Part shown: positions 12,950 through 24,271 of the stretch, piece by piece | Position numbering within the stretch: the stretch's first letter is position 1 | How the letters are laid out: each line of letters begins with the position of its first letter | Assembly: GCA_032718475.1 (NCBI GenBank) | Contig: JAUCBJ010001754.1 | Span: 1 to 40,301 of the forward strand | Direction of reading: 5' to 3' | Length of the DNA stretch: 40,301 nucleotides | DNA from: Nemertoderma westbladi | Lineage: Eukaryota > Animalia > Xenacoelomorpha | Position numbers and translations under genes: made by a program | Notes under the pieces: model-generated | What the model was told of the DNA's origin: nothing | The model's database searches: none | What the model saw: only the letters and a program-made list of their open reading frames with translations

Positions 12950-13006
12950 CTGGGGAAGGACAAGGGAATCATTTGATTATGCGGTTTGGTTTATTCTTAC
13001 AATTAA

Positions 13007-13772
13007 GGGGGGGGGGGGGGGGGGGGTATACCCCCCCTCCCCATAAACCTTTTTTTAAAATGGCTGTCAATTAGGGTTAAATGATAATATTGCTATTTTG
13101 TCATGGTCAACCACTGTATGGAAGGCCAAATAGCCTTTATAGTAAAATTTGAAATTTGTATCCCCCCTAGCGGCTGGTGGCGGAATTAAAGATTGCACTA
13201 AAATTGCTACTAGTCCCTCAATTTTGGTCCAAAATTCTTTAAACCAACCTTTTTGGACTCAGCGTCATCGACTCTACAAATGCTATCTTATATATAATTT
13301 TTAATTAGCCAATTTTATTTTAATTAAGTAATTTAATTTTAAAAATGGCTAATTAGAAAAAATGGTAATATTTATCAAAATTCCATAAGATAACTATTAA
13401 AGAGCTTCCAAAGCTCGTTCGAATGAGCCATAAACGAAGAAAATTGGTTCAAAAATGACGGATGAGTAGTAATTTGAAAATGAAAAATGTCATTCCGAGA
13501 AAATGCCCTTCATAGTTTAAACCGTCCCGCCAAAATTGGCTGTCTGTGTTCTGGTTGGTTAATTATTTCTGGCACGAAGGATGCACACCAACGAGCTAAA
13601 ATGTTCATTACGGGGGTTTTCGGGGTCGCTGATTTCATTTCCGATGTCAGTTTTAATTTTTGCGGTTTTAGGATTTGTAATCCTCATTAAATTCTACTCT
13701 AGGTGAAATAAAGAAACAATAATTTGAAAATTTTACCTGAGAGGGGGTATACCCCCCCCCCCCCCCCCCCCC
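13007..13772. mobile_element. Non-autonomous DNA transposon with poly-G/poly-C TIRs and TTAA TSD (Kolobok-like)
   Basis: TTAA(13003-13006)-G(n)TATACCCCC ... GGGGGTATAC(n)-TTAA(13773-13776). A TTAA target with purine (GG) termini fits Kolobok rather than piggyBac (CC termini). No coding capacity. Confidence 0.8.
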
Positions 13773-13918
13773 TTAATTGTCTTTCTATCGACTCTCTATT
13801 GGCTCTCAGATAAAGTCGTAAGATTAAAGATTTGTTCCCGCATTCCATTCTGATATGGTTAATTAGATTATAGAAAGAGAAGATTATAAAGAACAGTGCA
13901 GTACCGGTACTACCTACC

Positions 13919-14160
13919 ATGGACCCTAAAATAAGGAGAAAATTATTTTTTGTGCTACTAAACATCGTCTGGCGGGCTGCTTAAGAACAGCCAAACCAAA
14001 TATATTTAAAATTCGTCACACAATGGCACTGTAATGGCCAAAAGTGCCTTTTTGCGCCAAAGGCTATTTCTCTTCCAATATTTGTTGAAATTTGTTGAAA
14101 TTTAGAAATACAATAATGCATACAAGAGCATTTCATGCAAAATTTGTTCAGAAGATTTAT
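13919..14160 (+). mobile_element. Fragment related to the interior of the 27817-28757 element
   Basis: Shares AAATTATTTTTTGTGCTACTAAACATCGTCTGG and GTAATGGCCAAAAGTGCCTTTTTGCGCCAAAGG...CCAATATTTGTTGAAAT with 27900-28052. Confidence 0.75.
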
Positions 14161-14848
14161 GGACCCACCCAAGTATAAAACTGAGATAAAACCTGTTTTA
14201 CAGTACCGCTTGAAGTGGGTCTTACCGAAAGTTTAGTGTGCTCCCTAGACTAGCGACTTTACGAATCTGCCAAGATATATACGGGTCATGCTATGTGCTT
14301 GATTCATCTGCACTGATCATATTACATTGTAAATCTGCACGATCATAGATCAGTGATACAGGATTTTGATAAATAAACGAACACCCTGGATCACAGAGAT
14401 CCGGGATTTTGAAAAATAAACGAACTCACTGGATTATACAGGATTAAAGAGATACAGTTTAAAACATGTAGATTTGGCATCTTACTGTATTAGTCAGTTA
14501 ATTTATTTCGCTCAGACAAAAGGTTTTTATTGAAAAAATATGCTTCAAAAATATCGAGATAGACAGTTTTGGTCGCCCCCATTTCTTTTGCTTTTGGTTT
14601 TCAAGCTTCAGGACCCGGATAAAAGGATGCGCCTTGAAATTCTGATTCCATATATATAAATATGTCATTTTCGTCTTAAATAGACATAAACGGTTTTAGA
14701 ATATAAGGGCCGCAATGAATGTTAAGAATATGTAATAAATTAGACTAAAAGGAGCAGTCTTCGCCCTTAAAATGATTATCGTTCGCCCGGCGGAATCCTG
14801 CGCCCGCAGGCAATCACCGCCCGCGAGCAACCTTCGTACAATAAACAA

Positions 14849-15036
14849 TTATTGTTTTGGTTAGAGAAAGCCGCTTCTCTATCCTGCCCTTTTCCCTCAA
14901 TTTTTTAACAACATCGTTTATTGTTTTAGTTAGAGTAGCCGCTTCTGTATCCTGCCCTTTTCCCTCAATTGGTAACAACATCGTTTATTGTTTTGGTTAG
15001 CTGTAACCTGCTCCTTTCTTCCCCCAATTGGTAAAT
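14849..15036 (+). repeat. About 3 copies of the 68-bp minisatellite, inside a possible MITE (~14751-15121)
   Basis: TTATTGTTTTGGTTAGA...CCGCTTCT(C/G)TATCCTGCCCTTTTCCCTCAATT units. The flanks GGAGCAGTCTTCGCCC and GGGTGAAGATAGCACC are imperfect inverted repeats. Confidence 0.7.
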
Positions 15037-16221
15037 AAAATTAGGTGTTGATTGTTTAGAAGGTTTGTCGCTGGCGAAGGTTTCACCATGGCGAATATTT
15101 CCCGCGGGTGAAGATAGCACCCATCCGTCCCTACCCTACGTATATAAAATGGATGCTAGAATATTTATTAAATTAACGAAAACACACCATTCATAATATT
15201 GTCCGTTGCACACAATTCAAAGGACTACTGTAGGCCTATTCTTTTATTGACAATGAAATAACTTGCTTAAACTAGTGATATTATTGTCAATTTATTGAGG
15301 TCCCTTTAATCGCAGTAAGGAGCATAACGTCGACGTCGAATTAGTGAACCAATTAGTGCGAAAAAATTTCCGCAGTGTTGCAATGAGTAGTTTTCTGTGC
15401 ATTAATCACACCCTCCACCACGTGCAACACACTTTACACAGTGTTCATCACCATGTTAATGTTAAGTGGTTAATCAAAGCTGCTTGGTAAGGTTAAGAGC
15501 AAATGGGGAAATAATGTAAACCCCAATAAAGAAACCCTAATTATGTATAATAATATATGTTAACATGGCAACCAACGAACACCACGCTCCTTTTGGGTCT
15601 ATCCAAAATCCGCTCTTCCTTACCTTATTGTGTTGATTGGTTATATCTTCCCATAAAAGATAGAAAAATAGCGCGCCATATTTCGAATATTTTATCCGAC
15701 AACAAAAGCCGATATTCTTATGTTTCATTAAAAATAAAATTACAGAACTTCAACTCGCCGATTGTTTTACGAAGAATATAAACGTTCGGTCTATTGTCGT
15801 GATACACGTGGATGCGGTTCAATCCAGTCGGAAAACCAGAATTTATATCGAATTGTCCCCTTATTAGTCGACCTTTGCCATTAGATTAATCCACTTGTGG
15901 GTGCATTCATGAATAACATTGGCCATGCTCTATAGTTATGAAAGCAACCATCCTACAGTATGTTATTCTATTGGCCTCTTAAAATTTATAGTCTACTGTA
16001 ACTGTATATACAATTTATACAAAATCGTTCTGGGCTGTACAGTATGTTTTTTTTCAGAATTTAATGTTTGTTTTTCCCTTCCAGCAATTCACTGCTTCAG
16101 TTTTATACTATTAGACTCTCTTAAAAATATTAGTTTAATGTAAACGCGTTTTCGATGTTCTTTTTTGTTCTTACGTTAACGAACTTAAGAGTGATTTTTG
16201 TTAATCAGATAATCGTATTGT

Positions 16222-16860
16222 TGTGGGGAGAGCCGCGAAAGTAAGCGGGCTTAGCATACGGGTACCACTAACTCAATCGGTGAGTCTGTTTATCTGTTGC
16301 GTTCAATTTTTAAACGTTAATAACTCAGCCAATCTTAGATTAATTCTAACCAAACTTGGTATACAAGTAGCCTTGCAAAAATTTAGAAATTTTCTAAGCT
16401 GAATTTGCGTGTGGCCTTCGAGAAGCTAAGATAAAAGCAGTTAATTACTGTAGTTAATTAAGTTGGTTACGGTAAAAAACATGACTTTTTTTGCTTGCAT
16501 GATGCGAAAGGAGCCTACACTAATAAGACAGTGTGCTTACTGTTTATTTAGCAAAAAATAATTCGTTGTTGCCATGGAAAATAAATTTAATAATATTTCA
16601 GTTTTAATATTTCTTACAAATTGGGTTACCTCCACGCCTAAAATATTTTACTTTTAAAACCCGCCAATTCTCTGTCAATACCTGTGTGATACCAATACCA
16701 ATACAATCCTCTGTGCGCCTTTGGGTAGGGGTTAAGAGGGGGGTTGAAGGGGAGGAACTTTCCGTCTTCTGTGATTTATGGGCGGTTAGGTTAAATTTCT
16801 TAAATACCGATTTTGTGATAGAATAGCTCAATTTTTTAACTTGTATCTCATAACTGAATC
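16222..16860 (-). mobile_element. Possible Helitron/Helentron-associated non-autonomous element (right boundary uncertain)
   Basis: Terminus TGTGGGGAGAGCCGCGAAAGT...GCTTAGC is an inverted homologue of GCTAAGGC...ACTTCGTGGCTCGCCCCACAA at 24231-24267. It is followed by GTCTGTTTATCTGT and AATAACTC...ACCAAACTTGGT motifs resembling such elements. Confidence 0.4.
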
Positions 16861-17479
16861 TCGTTCAATTCAATTCAATTTTATTTTTGTTGATTATAAG
16901 TATAGATTAGAGCACAACACAAGTTGACCAATATTAATTTTTTAAAAGCTTTTGCGGCAAAAATGTATCTTTTTGGACAATACGCGAACTACTATAAACG
17001 CAACAATATCTCAAGGTAGTTGAGAACATTATAAACTTACGCCTTCTTGCTTTTACTTTTGGTATATGACTCTGTTAACGAAATTACTCAAAAACTGAAC
17101 CCTGGTTTCTTTGTCTCCGTAGCCCCTGTGATTTCCAAACGACCAATGAACGCAATCACCTTTTCACCTTTTCTCTCGTTTTCGTTACCCCAACTTTTCA
17201 ATCTATATATTGCAAATACCTTTCAAATAAACCTAAATGTAGATGTCAATATATTAGCAGGGATGTGAAATGTTTGGAAATTTCCGGAATTTCCTATACA
17301 TTTTTCCGGAAATTTCCTATACATTTTAGGATTTTCGGTAAATTTCCTATTTTATTACAACATGACCCGTAATATAGTGTCATTTTCTGATGACACGGAC
17401 CCCCCCCCCCCCCCCCCAGATTTTTCTACAAATCTTTATCATATTGCTTGAAATTTGAAACACAACTAGTTCCACTCAG

Positions 17480-18157
17480 CGTCAATGTCCAAATGAAGCC
17501 GGAATTTTCGATTTTTCCTGTAAATTTTTTCATAAGCATTTTAAAAAAGTGTATTTTGCGAAATTGCACATCTCCTATCGTCGCCATTCTTCAGATTAGC
17601 ATCGGTTTGTAGATATCAATGGAAAGAGAGTTACAAGGATTCCTAATATGTAACAATATCTGAGTTTCGTTTAGAAACAGCTGAGATATAGGTGTTCAAA
17701 GATTGCAATAATTATTGTTCTCTGCAGGCCATTTATTCTATTAAATAAATACACATTGTTCTGGAACATTTTGTTTATGTATATGAATAGCTACGCAATA
17801 GAGTTTATTGTATAGGCATAACGCTGTTGCCAACCAACTCATAAAACAAATAACACGTTCTAGAATATTGTGTATTTATTAAAAAGAATAAATGGCGTTC
17901 AGCGCGAACGATAATTCTTGCAATCTTTGAACGCCTATATCTCAGCTGTTTCTAAACGAAACTCAGATATTGTTACATATTTGGAATCCTTGTTACGCAA
18001 ACTTTCCAATGATATCTACAAACCGAGACCAATAATGTAAAGAATATCGACGATAGGAGATGTGCAATTTCGCAAAAGACACACATAAGAGTTTAAAACG
18101 CTTATAAAAAAATTTACAGGCAAAATCGAAAAATCGGGCTTCATGTGGACATCGACG
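17480..18157. mobile_element. ~680-bp imperfect palindrome (fold-back/MITE-like element)
   Basis: The arms are reverse complements, e.g. ATATGTAACAATATCTGAGTTTCGTTTAGAAACAGCTGAGATATAGG (~17647) vs CCTATATCTCAGCTGTTTCTAAACGAAACTCAGATATTGTTACATAT (~17934). The ends CGTCAATGTCCA and TGGACATCGACG also pair. Confidence 0.85.
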
Positions 18158-18159
18158 GT

Positions 18160-18949
18160 ATGATATACAATAGGATTCTATTAAATCGCATCAGGGATCC
18201 CATTGAGAGACTGCTCCGTGGAAATCAGAACGGGTTCCGTAAAGGTCGTGGGACAATGGAGCCCATTTTGGCACTTAGAAGGATAATTGAAGAATTATCA
18301 AAAAAGAAAGACAGGCATTTGGCTGTTATCTTTGTTGACTTCTTCAAGGCCTTTGATTCAGTCTCTCGCTCACGTATGTTCAGCATACTTTCATTACATG
18401 GGATTCCTGATGAAATTATTGCAGCAATCAGATCAGTATACGATGGTTCGACAACATTTGTGTCTACTGTTGACGGTGACACAGAACCATTTGAAGTGTT
18501 ATGGGGCGTCCTCCAAGGAGACACACTTGCACCATTCTTGTTCATTATTGTGGTTGACTATGTTCTACACATGTCCTTAGATCATCATAATGATGATGGG
18601 GTGATGATAAATCCACCTACTGGCTCCAGAAGTCGAGGAAATCCTGCCAAGTACCTAACTGATCTGGACTTTGCTGATGACTTAGAAGTACTCTCACAAT
18701 CATTAGAGGGAGCCCAACGGCTCCTCAGCTCATTAGAACATGCTGCTTCTAGTGTTGGTCTTTTTATTAACTACCCAAAGACCAAAATTTTGACAGTTAA
18801 CTTTGAAAGTCCTCAGCAAGTCTCTGATCGGATGAGCATAAGCTCAAAGGATGGTATGCTTGAGCATGTGGACGACTTCTGTTACCTGGGATCATGGATC
18901 CGGAAGTCAGGTGAGGACCTTCGAATACGTAAGGGAAAGGCATGGGCAG
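18160..18949 (+). pseudogene. LINE reverse transcriptase, part 1
   Basis: IYNRILLNRI...NQNGFRKGRGT...IFVDFFKAFDSVSR...GVLQGDTLAPFLFIIVVDYVL...LDFADD...FCYLGSWI are non-LTR RT domains. The ORF-track start (18145) lies in the adjacent palindrome and is not a true start. Confidence 0.93.
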
Positions 18950-21603
18950 TAGGGTGAGTGAAAAAAAAAAATTTCTTTACTTTTAAGGCACTATTTGAAG
19001 CACTATTTTTCTGATGCCAAATCGGTCTAAACTAACATTGCAAAAAAAAATTTTTGATTTTGAAAAATTCTAAGCGGGCCTCACGACACTTGAAAATTTC
19101 AAATTTTTGGGAAGGCAATGTCAGTTTTGAAATTCTTAAATATTTTGTATTTTTGATAAAAGTTAAGGAAGATGCAAATATTTAATGTCAAATAGGTTGG
19201 AAACAAACACAAAATGTGAAATTGTGATTTTCATATAAATCTAACCCAGCCTCATGGCGTTTAAAATTTTGCCCAAATTTAGCCCTAAAAATACAGCAAA
19301 CCTACTTCGTAGTCTGTATAGTTGAAATCGATTGACTGTGATTTGGAGTTCTACTTCCTGAGTGAAAACGAAGTCCCCTGATTTGATCACAACTATATTT
19401 CAATACTAGAAACCCAGCTAGCTGGCTGTGAATTTGCCTTTGGATCAAATTCCCAATAAGTATATTATAAACAACAGTAGGCCTAGGTCTAGGAAGAAGG
19501 ATAATTCTAAATTAGGAAAACACTAGTAAAACACTAGAAAAACATATGAAAAACACTGTAAAGCACCCGGAAAACATTAAAATTATTGATCAACAGGAAA
19601 TTTAATACATCGATTACACTGAATTGGTAATCTTAAATGTACTCCTCGCATAGTACACGTTAAGTAATCTCCGTAAAACATAGGGAAAACACTATAAACC
19701 CTCTGGACAACAGTGAAATTTTACCTATATTTCGCTAGAAAGCGGGGTAGCTCAATTGGCTGAGCGCCAGGCCTTCAATTGATTGGTTGTAGGTTCAGCC
19801 CCACCAGGGTCCACTCAGCCGCCTTTCATCCACTGGGGTCGATAAATTGAGTACCAGTTAAATAACTGGGAGCAAATCTTGGGGTAATAGTAGCGCCCAC
19901 CCCTACCCTCGGTAGCATCTATCGAAAGAGGAGCCTTCGGGTCGCCTTAACTGTTTGCTTGATATGCTGCTAATAATACTAGGTGAAAGAAGAAACCAAT
20001 CAGCATGCATTTCAGCACTATCCTTGTTTTACTGGTCAGCCAGTAGTACCAGTGTTGATGTATTCTGGTATTACATAGTGTATTCCAGTATTGTTAGTGT
20101 TAGATCAATTCATCTGCTAAATGTTGGCAGTTGAAGTGCAGAAGTTGTGGTATTTATTATTAAGGATACCATTCATACCAGAAAACCGAACTGACTAGAA
20201 AATCATGTGTGATGTGTTCTAGATCTTGCATCCGCGCTTCTAGCCACACTGGTATGCCACTTCACTACAGTATCTCTGTAGGTAGGACCTAACTGTGGCC
20301 CTCTTGCTGTCTTAATATTAAATACCGCAACATCTGCACTTTAACTGTTCAACATTATTCCATTAATAAAATATAAAATCAGGCGAAGCACAAATGATCA
20401 CAAATTAATTAAGTAGAATAATTAAGATAGAAGCACAGGTTAACAATAAATATTTACAATAAAGAAACAGATATGTAATCAGTACATATCTGGGTCAACA
20501 GTCAACACCCCGAATCCCCACCCCATCCCCAAACCCGCGGCCCCGCCACGGCCTCCTACCACACCGGAGACACACAGAGATACTGTTCAACATTTAGCAC
20601 ATGACAAGATCCAACACTAAAAATACTTGAATACTGGAATACACTAATACCAGAATACACCATTTGTGCCTCTACCGGCTGACCAGTAAAACTGTTGAAA
20701 TGCATGCTGATTGGATATTGTTCCTTGGTTGACGGGCAACAATGGTTTCTGTGTAGTATTAGACACTTTCAACTTATTTTTTAGCAGCATATTAGGTAAA
20801 ATTTCATGCTATTTATTGCCAATCATTTTTTCACTGTTTTCTGGACAGTTTATAGTTGTCCTTATGTTTTACGTAGATTACTTAATGGTGTGCTATGCGA
20901 GGAGTACATTTAAGATTACCAATTCAGTGTAATACAGTACATGTATTAAATTTCCTGTTGATCAATGTTTTTACTTTTTCCGGGTGCATTACAGTGTTTT
21001 TCATCTGTTTTTCTAGTGCTTTACTGTTTTACTAGTGTTTTCCTAATTTAGAATTATCCTTCTTCCTATACCTACTGTTGTTTATAATATACTTATTGGG
21101 AATTTGATCCAAATGTAAATTCACAGCCAGCAAGCTACAGTAGGTTTCTAGTATTGAAATATAATTGTAATCAATCAGGGGACTTGGTTTTCCCTCAGGA
21201 AGACTCCAAACCACAGTAAATCGATTTCAACTATAGAGACTACGAAGTAGGTTTGCTGTATTTTAAGGGTGAAATTTGGGAAATTTTGAAAAATTTTAAA
21301 GGCCATGAGGCTGGGGTAGATTTATATGAAAATCACAATTTCACATTTTGTGTTTGTTTCCAACCTATTTGACATTAAATATTTGCATCTTTCTTAACTT
21401 TTATCAAAAATACAAAATATCTGGGATTTTCAAAACTGGCATTGCTTTCTCAAAAATTAGAAATTTTCAAGTGTCGTGAGGCCCGCTTAGAATTTTTCGA
21501 AATCAAAAATTTTTTTTTGCAAAGTTAGTTTAGACCGATTTGGCATCAGAAAAATGGTGCTTCCCTTAAAAATAAAGAAAATTTTTTTTTTCACTCCACC
21601 CTA
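18950..21603. mobile_element. 2,654-bp non-autonomous fold-back DNA transposon, hAT-like (TAGGGTG termini, 8-bp TSD)
   Basis: 8-bp TSD ATGGGCAG at 18942-18949 and 21604-21611. Termini TAGGGTGAGTG...CACTCCACCCTA. The arms (~18950-20165 and ~20310-21603) are reverse complements over about 1 kb. No transposase ORF. Confidence 0.92.
19741..19958 (+). mobile_element. tRNA-derived SINE nested in the left arm of the fold-back element
   Basis: tRNA-like head GCGGGGTAGCTCAATTGGCTGAGCG (A box)...GTAGGTTCAGCCCC (B-box-like). The central CCACTCAGCC...TTTCATCC..GGGGTCGATAAATTGAGTACCAG resembles the conserved MetaSINE-type core from memory. The segment is absent from the right arm. Confidence 0.75.
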
Positions 21604-21611
21604 ATGGGCAG

Positions 21612-22114
21612 CCTTGAATAGGCTTTCCAGGATTTGGAAGTCACCGAGAATTAATCGGAAACTTAAGGTCCGATTATTTAGAGCAGCAGTAGTTCCAGTA
21701 CTCCTCTATGGGAGTCCATGCTGGGCTCTAACTGCCGAGGACACCAATTCTCTGGATGGCACATTCACAAGAATGCTACGCCGGGTTCATTGTGTCAAGT
21801 ACAATGCACACATCTCCAACCAGACATTATATAACATTGGAGGTGTCTCATTGGTTCCCCCAAGCTTCTTGACACTAGAGCAAAATCGACTCCGCTTTAC
21901 AGGACATTGCTTTCGCCGTGAGGACCAACCAGTGCACAATCTTGTACTTTGGCAGCCTCATGGAGTGAATAAGCATGGTGGACAGCCCATGACTTTCTTG
22001 AGACGCATCTTAAAGGACACTGGCCTTAAAGATGCGGATGATCTAGCAAATGTCATGGGTGATAGGGAGTTGTGGCGGTGCAATTTTGTTGACCAGCCGT
22101 CACAGCATTCTTAA
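21612..22114 (+). pseudogene. LINE reverse transcriptase ORF, part 2 (C-terminal)
   Basis: LSRIWKS...KLKVRLFRAAVVPVLLYGSPCWAL...LDGTFTRMLRR...RLRFTGHCFR. Removing the insertion and one TSD copy gives an in-frame join KGKAWA-ALNRLSRIW. Confidence 0.92.
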
Positions 22115-23259
22115 AAATGTAGCTGCAATGCAGCATGCCGATCCTAGTAGTAGTATGGGGCCTGGGGCCTCGGCCCCTACCCCCCCCCCCCCCCCCCCCC
22201 CCCCTAAATACGGCCCTGCACAGAGTACGCCTAGGCTTAGGCAGTCTGATAGTATTCAGCCCAGAAACAACAGTGGTATGAATTATCGAGCACTTTTAAG
22301 TTACCTGCACTGCATTTATCTGCACTGCATTCATCTGCATTTTACTTCAATACAAACATCTGACTGCTGATTAACTTCCGCCACTGCTGTTATTTACTGT
22401 TTTGTACTGTTGTTCATTGTTGTTTGGTAATATTATTGAAGGATGTTTATATTTGCAGAATACGTATACATAATCGATATTCTCAACTAACTTAATTTAT
22501 TATTGAGAGGTAAGCAGAAGGGAAGTACGAGTAATGACTTGGCTCAAATTACAGTGGTCTGTGTGGTATTTATGCTATTTCATAACACCAACGTAAGTGA
22601 CCTAAATTTATCCTTATACATGAACAATATTGGTAATAGTCAGCAAATCAGTGTGTTTCCGTATTATTATCAGTAGAATGACTGCGAGTACATAATACTA
22701 CTTTCCTAAAGAATGTAAATCACAGTGGCTCGATTAAACAATCTGTTGTAATTATTGTAAGTCATAACTCTGTCTAGTATTTAAAGCGCAACATCTGAAA
22801 GGAACTGTTAATACTACCCTGAAAGTGTCATAGTTTTTGGAGATTATATAGTAGAGATCAATCGAATAGTACAAATTAACCTACTTTCCATGCCGATAGA
22901 ATTCAGTCTCCCACCCCCTGTGGGTCATATGCCGCGCAAAGACTGTCTTTCACTGTTGTTTGATTGTTTACGGGCTAACAAATAATATGAGACACGTAAA
23001 TTTAACAGGTTAAACTGTTAAGGTCTAAAAGCGTGAACAATTTTTGTCACATTAATTAGATACTGTTATAGAGATGTGTTTACAATCAAGAAGGGGGTAG
23101 ATCTTTTTACAGAACAAAAGGGAACACACCCATACACAGTAGAACACGAAGTGGGGCCTTCGCGCAGCACGTGACTTAAATTTAATTTAAGTACTAATTC
23201 GAAAGTATTACTGTATTAGCAAATTTTAAGCAGATTTCGCCTAATCACTTTTTACCTCT

Positions 23260-24271
23260 TTCATTTCTATTCAGACATTTCTGACTCTAGCGGTATAGTG
23301 AGAACTGAAGATGGATTAGGGTCTCCAGCCCCACAAAGACACAGCCTATGGATGAATAGTACATACGTACATCGGCCAAGTTTCATCTTGAATAACGGAT
23401 AACGAAATGAGAGACGGCTTTTCCGCTTGGTTTATATCTTGATTATCAATAAAATAGTAACGTGAAATATTTATGGAGCGTATATTTGAGAATGTTGAAA
23501 TAATGCGTTTAGTAGTGTGACCAGCGTCTTGAATTTCCGCTTACCTCTAGCGGCAGACTGGAGAAATGCAGATCGACCACCTTCCTCAGAAAGACACAGC
23601 ATGTGCTCTAGTACATATGCCAATATTCACTTTAAATAAATTAATATCAAGGAATTGGGGACAGTTATACATTTCGCCCTCTAGCGGCAGACTGGAGGAC
23701 TCCAGACCGTTTACTGCCCACCAAAGACTCAGGCCGACTTCTACTACATATCTGCTACGTTTCAGCTTGAACGGATCATAAATAACGAGATGGGAGAAAG
23801 ATTTCACTTTCAGACCTTTCGCCCTCTAGCGGCAGACTGGAGAACTGCACACGGATTAGCCTTCAATTCAATTCAATTCAATTCCTTCTTTCAAAGTCAC
23901 AGCTAATGGTCTAGTACATATCTGCCAAGTTTCAGCTTAAACGGATTAAAAGCAAAGAAATGGGAGGGCATTTAATGTTTAGACATGTGGCCCTCTAGCG
24001 GGAGACCATTGCACTGATGGTGTCTGAAAGTCTCTGAAAAATCTCAACTTTTGCTCATATTGATACCTACAAATTTTCAACTTGGCAGCTTTAAATCCGA
24101 CAAAGTTATTAGCATGTCAAAATCGTAACGACGACGACGACGACGACGACAACGACGACGACGACAACGACGACGACGACGACGACAACTATTTGCATAA
24201 ATTGACCCACCCCCTTAACAGTGTCAATTCGCTAAGGCTCCGCCAACTTCGTGGCTCGCCCCACAAACTAG
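23260..24271 (+). mobile_element. Helitron-like non-autonomous element with internal repeats and a microsatellite
   Basis: Five degenerate copies of TTCAGACATTTCGCCCTCTAGCGG(CAGACTGGAG) at ~23270, 23540, 23675, 23815 and 23985. A (GAC)n tract follows, then a GC-rich subterminal segment ending in CTAG (~24268-24271). The left boundary is uncertain. Confidence 0.5.
24128..24189. repeat. (GAC/AAC)n microsatellite
   Basis: ACGACGACG... about 20 triplets, with AAC interruptions. Confidence 0.95.

Larger units (their letters stand above)
18160..22155 (+). mobile_element. 5'-truncated non-LTR retrotransposon (RTE-like LINE), split by an insertion at 18950-21611
   Basis: RT motifs in two pieces, a short 3' UTR and a (TAG)n microsatellite tail at ~22145-22155, as expected for RTE-type elements. 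Clade assignment is by motif resemblance only. Confidence 0.85.

Noticed and set aside
12774-13074. Plus-strand ORFs (90 and 61 aa)
   Set aside because: They are antisense shadows of the A-chain exon running into poly-G, with no recognisable motifs.
19741-19810. Functional tRNA gene
   Set aside because: It has A/B-box-like motifs but no complete cloverleaf that I can fold, and it continues into a SINE-like core and tail.
22050-22370. Proline-rich 106-aa ORF
   Set aside because: It is produced by a poly-C run and a MITE-end remnant downstream of the LINE, with no coding evidence.
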